From Deltaproteobacteria bacterium (GTDB lineage: Bacteria; Desulfobacterota; GWC2-55-46): a stretch of DNA of 64,000 bases. Of this stretch, positions 16,864 to 25,630 are shown piece after piece. Position 1 is the stretch's first letter; every line of letters begins with the position of its first letter. The translations under genes and the position numbers were made by a program. Under the pieces are notes generated by a model. That model was given only the letters and a program-made list of their open reading frames with translations. It ran no database searches and was not told where the DNA came from. The stretch spans positions 721-64,720 of the forward strand of contig JACRCL010000027.1 of the NCBI GenBank assembly GCA_016219015.1. The letters run 5' to 3'.

Positions 16864-18753
16864 TTGCCGGATATTGTAATCGAAATAAAAGGCCTGAAAA
16901 CCTGGTTCAAGACCCCCAAGGGCGTCTCGAAGGCGGTCGACGGGGTCTCTTTCTCCATCCCCAAAGGCGGCACGTTCGCCCTCGTGGGCGAGTCCGGGTG
17001 CGGGAAATCCGTTACCGCCCTCTCCATCATCCAGCTTATCCCGGAGCCGGCTGGCTACATCGCCGGGGGCAATATAATCCTCAACAACAGGGACATAGTC
17101 CCTCTGAGCGAGCGCGAGAAGAGGGATATCCGCGGCAACAATATATCCATGATATTCCAGGAGCCGATGACCTCCCTTAACCCGGTCTTCACCGTAGGCG
17201 ACCAGATAGTGGAGACGATAATGCTCCACCAGGGCAAATCCGGGGCCGAGGCAAAGGCCGCGGCCATAGAGATGTTCGAGAAGGTCGGCCTGCCCGACCC
17301 CGCCGGGATCTTCTACGAATACCCTCACCGCCTCTCCGGCGGCATGCGCCAGAGGGTCATGATAGCCATAGCCCTTGCCTGCAGGCCGGACCTCCTCATA
17401 GCGGATGAGCCGACAACGGCCCTCGACGTCACCATACAGGACCAGATAATAAAGCTCATAAAGGAGCTGCAGGCCGAGATGGGCACGGCTGTGCTCCTTA
17501 TAACCCACAACCTCGCCCTCGTCTACCAGAACGCCGAGACCGTCGGGGTCATGTACGCCGGGAAGATGGCCGAGCTCGCCCCGGCAAAGGCGCTCTTCAG
17601 GGACCCCATGCACCCTTACACGGTAAAACTTTTACGCTCGATACCGGGGCAGGAGAAGAGGGGCAAGGCCCTCGATACTATCAGAGGCACAGTCCCCCCG
17701 GCCACCTCTTACCCCGCGGGCTGCCACTTCTCCGGCAGGTGCCCGAGGGAGATGGAGGGGTGCGCTGCCATAGAGCCGCCTCTGGCCGAGCGGGCGCCGG
17801 GGCACTTCGCGGCCTGCCATCTGCACGACCCCGAGTTCATGGCCAAGCCCTGGTCGAAGCCTCTGAGGCATGAGCCAGACGCCATGCCGCCCCTGTCGGT
17901 CCCTCATGACAAGAGGGAGCGGCTCCTTGAGGTGAAAAATTTAAAGACCCATTACCCTGTAAGGAAGGGGCTTCTTAAGAGGGTCGTCGGCCATGTGAAG
18001 GCCGTGGACGGGATAGACCTTGTCGTGCGGAAGGGCTCGACGCTCGCGCTCGTCGGGGAGTCCGGCTGCGGGAAGACCACGGCCGGGAAATCTATAATCC
18101 AGCTCATAAGGCCGACCTCCGGGGAGATAGTATTCAAGGGCAGGGAGCTTACGCGCGTAAAAGAAAGCGAGCTAAAGCCCGTAAGGTCCCTGATGCAGAT
18201 AATCTTCCAGGACCCGTACTCTTCCCTGAACCCGAGGCTTACGATAAAGGATACCATCGAGGAGGGCGTAAGGGCCTTGAAGACCGGCCTCGACAAGAAG
18301 GGTCGTCTCGACAAGGTGACTGAGGTCCTTGAGCGCGTGGGGCTGACCGCGGATATGATGTGGAGGTACCCTCACGAGTTCTCGGGAGGGCAGAGGCAGA
18401 GGATAGGTATAGCCAGGGCGCTCGCCGTGGACCCGGAGTTCATCGTATGCGACGAGGCGGTCTCGGCGCTCGACGTATCGGTCCAGGCGCAGATATTGAA
18501 CCTCCTTAAATCGATCCAGAGGGACTTCGGCCTGTCGTTCCTCTTCATAACGCACGACCTCGCGGTGGTGGAGTACATAGCCGACGAGGTCGCGGTCATG
18601 TACGCGGGCAAGATAGTTGAGCGGGGGACGACCGAAGAGATATTCTCCAACCCGAGGCACGACTACACCAAAAAGCTCCTCTCGGCCATCCCGAGGCTCG
18701 ACCCGGGGCTGGTATCCGCGTGGAAGCTGCCGGACCACAAGCCGGGCAGATAG
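16864..18753 (+). CDS. ABC transporter ATP-binding protein with two fused ATPase domains (YejF-like)
   Basis: Two Walker A sites (GESGCGKS, GESGCGKT), two LSGG signatures (LSGGMRQR, FSGGQRQR), and a Cys-rich oligopeptide-transporter C-terminal segment between the domains. TTG start. Confidence 0.92.
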   Translation: MPDIVIEIKGLKTWFKTPKGVSKAVDGVSFSIPKGGTFALVGESGCGKSVTALSIIQLIPEPAGYIAGGNIILNNRDIVPLSEREKRDIRGNNISMIFQEPMTSLNPVFTVGDQIVETIMLHQGKSGAEAKAAAIEMFEKVGLPDPAGIFYEYPHRLSGGMRQRVMIAIALACRPDLLIADEPTTALDVTIQDQIIKLIKELQAEMGTAVLLITHNLALVYQNAETVGVMYAGKMAELAPAKALFRDPMHPYTVKLLRSIPGQEKRGKALDTIRGTVPPATSYPAGCHFSGRCPREMEGCAAIEPPLAERAPGHFAACHLHDPEFMAKPWSKPLRHEPDAMPPLSVPHDKRERLLEVKNLKTHYPVRKGLLKRVVGHVKAVDGIDLVVRKGSTLALVGESGCGKTTAGKSIIQLIRPTSGEIVFKGRELTRVKESELKPVRSLMQIIFQDPYSSLNPRLTIKDTIEEGVRALKTGLDKKGRLDKVTEVLERVGLTADMMWRYPHEFSGGQRQRIGIARALAVDPEFIVCDEAVSALDVSVQAQILNLLKSIQRDFGLSFLFITHDLAVVEYIADEVAVMYAGKIVERGTTEEIFSNPRHDYTKKLLSAIPRLDPGLVSAWKLPDHKPGR

Positions 18754-18815
18754 GCAGGCTGCTCCTTGATCCGCAGCCGGACTGGTTGGGGGGTTATGAA
18801 AAAAACGTCTAAGTT

Positions 18816-18893
18816 GTCATTCTGAGGAGCCGAAGGCGACGAAGAATCTCGTGCCTTGTTAGCTCCGAGATCCTTCGCTACGCTCAGGATGAC
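18816..18893. repeat. family B inverted-repeat element
   Basis: GTCATTCTGAGGAGCCGAAGGCGACGAAGAATCTCG...GATCCTTCGCTACGCTCAGGATGAC. Confidence 0.85.
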
Positions 18894-18920
18894 AGGTAGA
18901 ACAATTTTTCCGGAATTTTT

Positions 18921-19038
18921 TCAGGCTTCTCAAAAAGCTCCCGATGTATTGAAATAGGAGAGCGAGGAACAAGGCGTATTCACCTTACGTTATGACAAGA
19001 CGAAGACAACAAAGCAGATGGACTTTTTGTGCAGTCTG
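18921..19038. repeat. family C element, copy 3 (more diverged)
   Basis: TCAGGCTTCTCAAAAAGCTCCCGATG...GCAGATGGACTTTTTGTGCAGTCTG. Confidence 0.8.
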
Positions 19039-19044
19039 CCGAAA

Positions 19045-19080
19045 TAAAAAAAAGGGGATGGCTTAAAAGCCATCCCCTTT
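19045..19080 (-). terminator. rho-independent terminator downstream of rpoZ
   Basis: On the minus strand, AAAGGGGATGGCTTTTAAGCCATCCCCTTT hairpin followed by a T9 run. Confidence 0.85.
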
Positions 19081-19101
19081 TAAAAACCTGCGCCTCTTTT
19101 T

Positions 19102-19323
19102 TTACTCCGGCAGCTCGCCTTTCTTGCTCCCCGTTAAATCATCCGCCATCTCCACTATCCCGGCCGCCACCTCGCGTAAGGCGGTTACAACGTACTTGTT
19201 ATCGGTCTTAAGGAAAGGCGTCGCGCCCTTCATAAGCTCCCTCGCCCTCTGGGAGGCGATGTGGACGAGCGCAAAGCGGCTCGGCACCTTCTTAAGGCAA
19301 TCCTCTACGGTTATCCTTGCCAT
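19102..19323 (-). CDS. rpoZ: DNA-directed RNA polymerase subunit omega
   Basis: [31 protein letters not shown]. An AAGGAGG SD lies 7 nt upstream of the ATG at 19323; the track TTG start at 19329 is too close to the SD. Confidence 0.92.
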   Translation of the reverse strand: MARITVEDCLKKVPSRFALVHIASQRARELMKGATPFLKTDNKYVVTALREVAAGIVEMADDLTGSKKGELPE

Positions 19324-19375
19324 CTTCAATCCTCCTTTGAAAATTTCGAAGCCCCTTTACAGGGGGCATCAACCC

Positions 19376-19984
19376 TTACAGATACTCTTCGTAAGCCTCT
19401 TTCACCCTCTCCATCATCCGCCTGCTCTTTGACTTCTCGGCGCTTATGATGGATTTGAACCTCTCGAACGCCTCGCCGAGGTCTTCGTTTATTATTATAT
19501 AGTCGTACCTCGGGGCGAGCTTTATCTCGCCCACGGCGGTCTTGAGCCTCTTTTTTATCTCCTCGGCACTGTCCTTGCCACGGGCCTTGAGCCTCTCCCC
19601 GCTCGCTTCGAGAGAAGGCGGGAGTATGAAGATATATACGCCCCCCTTGAGCTTCCTCCTTACGCTCTCGGCGCCCTGGACGTCTATCTCTAAAATGACG
19701 CTCAGGCCCGAGTCGAGTATATTCTTCAGGTCCTTCCTCGACGTGCCGTATTTCCTGCCGTAAACTTCGGCGTGCTCGAGGAACTCGCCCTTCTTGACCA
19801 TCGAATCGAAAGCGGCGTTGTCAACGAACCGGTAATCGACCCCGTCTATCTCGCCCGCCCTCGGCTTCCTCGTGGTATATGAGATAGATTGCCTCAAATC
19901 CCGGAAAAATGCAACTGCCTTCTTGCAAAGGGTCGTCTTGCCCGCGCCTGAAGGGGCCGACACTATGAAGGGGATGCCGCTCAT
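19376..19984 (-). CDS. gmk: guanylate kinase
   Basis: P-loop SAPSGAGKTTL plus ISYTTRKPRAGEIDGVDYRFV...EHAEVYGRKYGT. Confidence 0.96.
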   Translation of the reverse strand: MSGIPFIVSAPSGAGKTTLCKKAVAFFRDLRQSISYTTRKPRAGEIDGVDYRFVDNAAFDSMVKKGEFLEHAEVYGRKYGTSRKDLKNILDSGLSVILEIDVQGAESVRRKLKGGVYIFILPPSLEASGERLKARGKDSAEEIKKRLKTAVGEIKLAPRYDYIIINEDLGEAFERFKSIISAEKSKSRRMMERVKEAYEEYL

Positions 19985-20026
19985 ACCGGGTACGCCTTTG
20001 GGGCGGCCGGGTACTTGATAACAGCC

Positions 20027-20896
20027 CTACTCGACATTCTGCACCTGTTCCCTTATCTTCTCGACCTCCCCCTTCATCTCCACTACCGTCTGCGTTATCT
20101 CAACGTCGCTCGGCTTGGACCCGATGGTGTTGACCTCACGGCCTATCTCCTGGCAGAGGAAATCGAGCCTCTTGCCTATGGGCTCGTTGAACTTCAGGAA
20201 CTTCCTGAACATATCGAGGTGGCTCTTAAGCCTCGTTATCTCCTCGCTTATATCGGTCCTGTCCGCGAAGACGGCCGCCTCAAGCAGTATCCTCGACTCG
20301 TCAACCCTGTCCTTTATCACCTTCTCCATCTCTTCCCTGAGCCTCTGCCTGTACGCCTCTATGACCCTCGGGGCCCGCGCCTCTATCCTGAAAAGGAGGC
20401 CTCCCACAGCCTCGAGCCTCGATGCGAGGTCCTGCTTCAGGGCCGCGCCCTCCTTTACCCTCCACTCCCCTATCTGGTCGAGGGTGGTGAAGAGCGCCCT
20501 CCCTATGGGCTCCCAGTCCGCGTCGGATACCGCCCCTTTCCTCTCGAAAGAGAAGATGTCCTTGAGCTTAAGGAGCGCGCTTACGTCCATCTCGCCCTTT
20601 ACCCCGAGCCTGTCCTTCAGCTCGGCCGCCGCGTCGATGTATATCCGAGCAATGGGCAGGTTGAGCCTTAATTCCGGCGTCTCCGCGGATATGAGCGAAA
20701 TATTTATGGAGAAAGACCCCCTTGAGAACCGCTTTTTTATCTCCTCCCTTATCCTGCTCTCAAATGGCGAGAACCTGTCCTGCATCCTCAGGGAGACGTC
20801 GAGGAACCTGTGGTTAAGGGACCGCGCCTCCATCGAGTAGTGGTCCCCTCCTATCTGAAATTCGTCCCGGCCCCAGCCGGTCATCGACTTAGCCAT
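20027..20896 (-). CDS. yicC: YicC-family stress-induced protein
   Basis: MTGWGR...SLNHRFLDVSLRM N-terminal YicC domain and a C-terminal DUF1732-like EEITRLKSHLDMF...GKRLDFLCQEIGREVNTIGSK. Confidence 0.92.
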   Translation of the reverse strand: MAKSMTGWGRDEFQIGGDHYSMEARSLNHRFLDVSLRMQDRFSPFESRIREEIKKRFSRGSFSINISLISAETPELRLNLPIARIYIDAAAELKDRLGVKGEMDVSALLKLKDIFSFERKGAVSDADWEPIGRALFTTLDQIGEWRVKEGAALKQDLASRLEAVGGLLFRIEARAPRVIEAYRQRLREEMEKVIKDRVDESRILLEAAVFADRTDISEEITRLKSHLDMFRKFLKFNEPIGKRLDFLCQEIGREVNTIGSKPSDVEITQTVVEMKGEVEKIREQVQNVE

Positions 20897-20920
20897 GTCT
20901 TAGCCCCTTGCCTGTATTAG

Positions 20921-20985
20921 CAGGCTGCTGAAAAAGTCCGTCTGCTTCGTCGGCTTCATCGCTCGACTTAAGCATACCGCCTCAT
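20921..20985. repeat. family C half-element
   Basis: CAGGCTGCTGAAAAAGTCCGTCTGCTTCGTCGGCTTC...CGCCTCAT (one arm only). Abuts the hldA stop codon. Confidence 0.75.
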
Positions 20986-20986
20986 C

Positions 20987-21988
20987 TCAAGTCTTTTTAA
21001 GCCCCGCCGTTACCGCCTCCATCAGCTCCTTCGGGCTTAAGGTCGCGGTGCCGACCTTGCCGACTACTACCCCGGCGGCGAAGTTGGCGAGCACAGCCGC
21101 CTCCTTGAAGCTCGCCCCTGAGGCGAGCGCGAGCGCGAGCGTGCCTATGACCGTATCCCCGGCGCCGCTGACGTCGAAGACCTCTTTCGCCACAGTCGGG
21201 ATGTGCGTCTCAGAGTTCGCCTCAAAGAGGCTCATCCCGTTCTCCCCCCTCGTGATGAGGAGCGCCTGGCAGCCGAGCTTGTTGAAAAGCACCTCTCCGG
21301 CCCTGTGGAGGCTCTCTTCGCTGTCTATCTCGATGCCGGAGGCCTGCGAGGCCTCCAGGTTGTTCGGTGTCACTATGGCAACTCCCTTATAATAGTCGAA
21401 GTGCTCGACCTTCGGGTCTACCGCTATGGGGCGGCCGAGCCTCCTGCAGGCGTCGCTGGTCTCCTCGACCAGAGTCTTTGACACGAGCCCCTTGGCGTAG
21501 TCCGAGATAACGGCGAGGTCCGCCGATTTAATCGCCTTTTTTATGTAGCTCAATACCTTGGCCGTGCTCTCGGGGCCGATCTTGTCCTTCCTCTCGCGGT
21601 CGAACCTCACGACCTGCTGGCTGTGCGCTATGACGCGGGTCTTTATCGTCGTCGGCCTTTTTGGGTCGGCTATGATGCCGTCCGTGGGGATGGATTTCTC
21701 CTTCAGCGCGGAGATGAGCTTTCGCCCGTCGTCGTCCCTGCCGATTATGCCGGTGACCAGCGATTGCCCGCCGAGGCTGTGTATGTTGTTGACCACGTTC
21801 GCGCTGCCGCCGAGCATGAGGCTCTCGGAGGTCACTTCGACCACGGGCACCGGGGCCTCGGGTGAGATCCTCCTCACTTTGCCCCAGATGAAGTGGTCCA
21901 TTATTAGGTCGCCTATGACGAGCACTTTGGCCGTGGAGAACCTCTCTATTATCGCCTTCGCCCGGTTGGGCTTCAGATACCTTTTCAT
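20987..21988 (-). CDS. hldA: D-glycero-beta-D-manno-heptose-7-phosphate kinase (RfaE domain I type, monofunctional)
   Basis: PfkB-family sugar kinase: VLVIGDLIMDHFIWGKVRRISPEAPVPVV...GGSANVVNN...DVSGAGDTVIGTLALALASG. ATG at 21988; the track's longer ORF runs into a repeat element. Confidence 0.9.
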   Translation of the reverse strand: MKRYLKPNRAKAIIERFSTAKVLVIGDLIMDHFIWGKVRRISPEAPVPVVEVTSESLMLGGSANVVNNIHSLGGQSLVTGIIGRDDDGRKLISALKEKSIPTDGIIADPKRPTTIKTRVIAHSQQVVRFDRERKDKIGPESTAKVLSYIKKAIKSADLAVISDYAKGLVSKTLVEETSDACRRLGRPIAVDPKVEHFDYYKGVAIVTPNNLEASQASGIEIDSEESLHRAGEVLFNKLGCQALLITRGENGMSLFEANSETHIPTVAKEVFDVSGAGDTVIGTLALALASGASFKEAAVLANFAAGVVVGKVGTATLSPKELMEAVTAGLKKT

Positions 21989-22023
21989 CGGTTTCGACCT
22001 TTTCCGCTGTCTTCTATTAGGAT

Positions 22024-22164
22024 GTTGAAAAAGTCCATCCATGGCTTTTTCAACCACGGTTTGTCCGAAGTGAATTCGGCCAAACCTCACAAATTGCTCA
22101 TTTCAAGTCTCGCAATTTGGCAATCCATCCATGGATTGCATATCAGGGTGTTTTTCAACACCCT
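22024..22164 (+). repeat. family D multi-hairpin element, copy 1
   Basis: Five consecutive hairpins: GTTGAAAAAG..CTTTTTCAAC; GGTTTGTCCGAA..TTCGGCCAAACC; CAAATTGC..GCAATTTG; GCAATCCAT..ATGGATTGC; AGGGTGTT..AACACCCT. Overlaps the stop of the GT4 gene at 22155. Confidence 0.88.
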
Positions 22165-23270
22165 TCTATTATCCTTAAAAAGCTGCTTACGGTATCCTCT
22201 ATCCTGAAATCACCCGCCCTTTTCCTCGCCTGCGCCCCTGCCTTTATCCTCTTATCCTTATCGAGGAAGAGCGATATCTTGCCTGCCAGCTCGGTTTCGT
22301 CGGCAGGGTCTTCCACTATCGCGCCCTCCCTGCCTTCGGTTATGACCTCGGACGCTCCGTTCACCCTCGACGTCACGACCGGCAGGCCCGACGCCATAGC
22401 CTCGAGGCAGGCGTTGCTGAAAGGCTCGTATATCGAGGGCAGGACGAATATGTCTCCCGCGGGGTACAATTTTATAGCGTCCTTCACGGGGCCCTTAAAA
22501 ACGACCCTCTCCCCGACGCCGAGCCTTCGCGCCTCTTTCGAATATTTCGACGTGTCGCCTTTACCCACGACCAGCAGCCTTATATCGCCTCTGTCCTTAA
22601 GAAGGCCAAGGGCTCGTATAAGGTATATAAGCCCCTTCCTCTCGAACCCGGAGCCGACGAAAAGGAGGAGCACCGAGCCCTCATTGAGCCCGAGCCCGCT
22701 TCTCAATGCATGCCTTTCAGCCGCACCGATAGAATCTACCGAGGCCCCGCCTATCCCATTGTATATAACATATATCTTTTCCTCAGGCAAACCATAATGC
22801 CTTATAATCTCGCCCTTTACGCGCTTCGAGTTGGCCACCACGCATTTAAGCCCTGGGCTTGAAAATAGCTTTTTCTCGAGGTGGAGGAGGGTGAAGTGGA
22901 GCGGGTTCAGCCTTATGAGAAACCGCTTTAACGGCCCGACGGCCTGCCCCCTTCTTATGAGCCACTCCCTGTGGCAGCCGTCCCCGGCCCTGTAGATATC
23001 CTGGCAGTATGTCCTTTCAAGGCTTACGACAATATCAGGCCTTGCCGCCTCAACGGCCTTCCTCGCGTTCCGAGCGAAGATAAGCGGCCTTAAAAACGAC
23101 GGGCCTGAGGCTTCGACCTTATGGAATCTTACCCCCTTCTGTTCTATCCAGTCGGACGCGAATACCTCGACCCCGTGGCCCCTTTGAAGGAGGCCGTCAA
23201 TGAACCTCGAAAGGAATACCTCCGCCCCCCCGTAAGGGGTGTATCTCGTCCTTATAAGGCCTATGCGCAA
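22155..23270 (-). CDS. glycosyltransferase family 4 (WaaG-like LPS core glycosyltransferase)
   Basis: GT-B fold with N-terminal YGGAEVFLSRFIDGL and a C-terminal E(x7)E-type motif (LPSIYEPFSNACLEAMASGLPVV). Confidence 0.9.
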   Translation of the reverse strand: MRIGLIRTRYTPYGGAEVFLSRFIDGLLQRGHGVEVFASDWIEQKGVRFHKVEASGPSFLRPLIFARNARKAVEAARPDIVVSLERTYCQDIYRAGDGCHREWLIRRGQAVGPLKRFLIRLNPLHFTLLHLEKKLFSSPGLKCVVANSKRVKGEIIRHYGLPEEKIYVIYNGIGGASVDSIGAAERHALRSGLGLNEGSVLLLFVGSGFERKGLIYLIRALGLLKDRGDIRLLVVGKGDTSKYSKEARRLGVGERVVFKGPVKDAIKLYPAGDIFVLPSIYEPFSNACLEAMASGLPVVTSRVNGASEVITEGREGAIVEDPADETELAGKISLFLDKDKRIKAGAQARKRAGDFRIEDTVSSFLRIIEGC

Positions 23271-23281
23271 AGACGCACCTT

Positions 23282-24304
23282 TTAATCCCTGCCTTTTCCG
23301 TGTTCGTCTATGAAGTCTTTTACCGCCCCGAAGACGTCCTCTACCGCTATATCCTTCACGTCGGGGTCAGCGGTTATGACCCTGCTTTTCGTCTTCCACG
23401 GGTACCAGCAGAGGGCCTTCGGCTTCGTCATGAGGGCCACGGTCGCCTTTCCAAGGGCGGCCGAGATGTGGAGCGAGCCCGTATCAAGGGTCACTACGAT
23501 ATCCGAGCAGGAGAGCGCGGCTATGAGCGAGCTTATCGAAGGGGTATCAAAGGCCATTATCCTGTCGCCGAAGCGGTCTTTTATCGTCCTTGCCGATTCC
23601 TCGTCGCCGGAGAACATCGGGTTATCCTTTGAGCCGGGGGCCCAGACCAGAAGCACATCGGCCGCGCCATTGCCGGTTATCCCTTCGATAAGACCTATGA
23701 ACTTCTCCAAAGGCCATCTGTTCCTCTTTATGCGCGCGCTTATGGCAACGGCCACAACAGGCCTTTTTGCCTTGCGGGCGGGCCTTATCAGGGCCTCGTA
23801 CCTCTTTCTTTCAGCCTCGTCTATTGCGAGCACAAGACCGCCCGGCTCGCCGGTTATCCCGAACGGCTCAAGGAGCCTGAAGGTCTTTATCGCCTCGTGC
23901 CCGGCGACGCCTTCGTCCACGGCCATATTAAGGTACAGGTCCTTCTTGCCGTACCCGACCCTCTTCTTCGCCCCCGTAAGGAATGTGAACCTCGCAAGGG
24001 TCTTGGAGTATGACCCGCCCGCGATGGCGGCGTCATAGCCCTCCCGCCTTATCTCCTGGAATACCTTGAAGTTGCCCCATAACACGGCGAGCCTGCTCTT
24101 ACCGGGCAGGTGTTTGGGTTTCTGGTAGACGTAGAGCCGGTCTATGTCGGTGTTGCCCCTGAGGACAGGGGCGTTGTACGAGTTGACGAGGACGCCTATC
24201 TTCGCCCTGGGGAAGGCCCTCCTTACGGCCCTTATGGCGGGCGTTGTGCAGACGAGGTCGCCGATATTGTCTCTCCTTATGAATATTACGCTCTCGATCT
24301 CCAT
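23282..24304 (-). CDS. glycosyltransferase family 9 (heptosyltransferase-like), copy 1 of 6
   Basis: IFIRRDNIGDLVCTTPAIRAVRRAFPRAKIGVLV...VTLDTGSLHISAALGKATVAL. It lacks the Cys-rich tail seen in the other five GT9 genes. Confidence 0.88.
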   Translation of the reverse strand: MEIESVIFIRRDNIGDLVCTTPAIRAVRRAFPRAKIGVLVNSYNAPVLRGNTDIDRLYVYQKPKHLPGKSRLAVLWGNFKVFQEIRREGYDAAIAGGSYSKTLARFTFLTGAKKRVGYGKKDLYLNMAVDEGVAGHEAIKTFRLLEPFGITGEPGGLVLAIDEAERKRYEALIRPARKAKRPVVAVAISARIKRNRWPLEKFIGLIEGITGNGAADVLLVWAPGSKDNPMFSGDEESARTIKDRFGDRIMAFDTPSISSLIAALSCSDIVVTLDTGSLHISAALGKATVALMTKPKALCWYPWKTKSRVITADPDVKDIAVEDVFGAVKDFIDEHGKGRD

Positions 24305-25600
24305 CTAATCTATCGCCCTTCTGAACCGCGCCTCCTTGACCTCCCTGTACAGCACGGCCCCCGCGGCCGCAAGGGCCACCATCAATATCCCGTAAGCCTC
24401 TTCCCAGAGGCCGTTGGCGATATTTATGAGCGAATAAGAGACGAGCACCCCGAGGACCCCGTATTTCAAAAAGTCCGTGGCCTCGCCCCTGTACTTGCCG
24501 AAGTACATCGCGAGGGCCTTGAACAGGACGGTCAACCAGAAGAGCAGGAACGCGATAAGGCCGACAAAGCCTATCTCGAACAACACCTGGAGGGCGAGGT
24601 TATGCGGGTTGGCGCTGCCGTGGCCGTGCTCGCTGAAGTACGCGTATTTGAACTTGCTCTTGTCCCATTTATACATGTACCGCTCCCTGGCCACGCTCGA
24701 GAACTTTTTCCAGCCGTAGCCCCAGCCTGTAACGGGCCTGTCCTTTATCATCTCCGTGGCCCCTTCCCAAATGGAGAGCCTGCCGTTAAGCCCCTCGTGT
24801 CTGTCGCTTGAGTAGTTCGAGGAGGTAAGGAGCGTTTCGTACCTGTCGAAGGAAGCAGGGTTGACGCGGTACATATACGCGGCGGAGAGGACGATCAGGA
24901 TAAGGCCGACTGCCAATACCTTGAACCTCTTCGCGAGTATGGTGATGATAAGGGCCGAGGCGAAGATCGCGATTGTCTGGCCCCTGTGGTTATTGAGGAC
25001 GGAGAATACGGATTCGAGCAACAGGAATATCGTAATCGGTATCTTCACCATAAGCCCCTCCCTCGATGAATAGAGGTACCCTATGGCCAGGGGTATGTAG
25101 AAGGTGGCGAAAAGCGAGTAGCCTGTGAGAAGCTCGTTGCCCTTTTTCGTCTCTTCTATCCAGTTAAGGAGCGCGTGGGACGGGGTCTTTATGAGTATGG
25201 CCGCCGTCAGCACGGCGAACCCGGCCAGCATGGCGTATATGAGCGGCTTGAGCCCGTCTATGCCCTTGTACTCGCATATTATCACGATAAAGACGATAGC
25301 CTGGAACAGGAGGTTCTTCCTCATCGCGTCAAAGCTCTCCGCCGCGTAGGGGCTTAACGCGGAGCTTACTATCGACGCGATGACGACAAGGCCGAACGAG
25401 ATGACGGTGGTATCGAGGAGGTTGACCCTGAACCCGCCCCTTGCGACCCTTATCAGGAAGGCGAGCGTCATGAGGACGAACGCCCCGTCCCTTATTGTCG
25501 CGTGGCGGCTGAAGGGCTGGAGGAAGATGAATATGAGGAGGAATACCCTCACCACCTGGTATTTGCCTATGAGATTGTCCAGCCTGTTAAGGAGTTTCAT
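24305..25600 (-). CDS. O-antigen ligase family (WaaL/Wzy_C) membrane protein
   Basis: 431 aa with about 10-12 TM segments and a periplasmic loop containing HGHGSANPHNLALQVLFEIG, a typical O-antigen ligase signature. Confidence 0.85.
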   Translation of the reverse strand: MKLLNRLDNLIGKYQVVRVFLLIFIFLQPFSRHATIRDGAFVLMTLAFLIRVARGGFRVNLLDTTVISFGLVVIASIVSSALSPYAAESFDAMRKNLLFQAIVFIVIICEYKGIDGLKPLIYAMLAGFAVLTAAILIKTPSHALLNWIEETKKGNELLTGYSLFATFYIPLAIGYLYSSREGLMVKIPITIFLLLESVFSVLNNHRGQTIAIFASALIITILAKRFKVLAVGLILIVLSAAYMYRVNPASFDRYETLLTSSNYSSDRHEGLNGRLSIWEGATEMIKDRPVTGWGYGWKKFSSVARERYMYKWDKSKFKYAYFSEHGHGSANPHNLALQVLFEIGFVGLIAFLLFWLTVLFKALAMYFGKYRGEATDFLKYGVLGVLVSYSLINIANGLWEEAYGILMVALAAAGAVLYREVKEARFRRAID

Positions 25601-25630
25601 GTATTCTCTCCCCGCTTATTTAGCAAGCTG

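Noticed and set aside
20987-22090. N-terminal extensions given by the ORF track: 20987-22090, 8231-10030, 30749-32101, 31864-32751, 36591-36788, 37938-38942, 44069-46855, 48033-48659, 52699-53163 and 56825-57259.
   Set aside because: The extensions run through repeat elements, terminator hairpins or upstream genes. Internal ATG, GTG or TTG codons with good Shine-Dalgarno spacing and family-typical N-termini lie downstream, so the shorter coordinates are reported.
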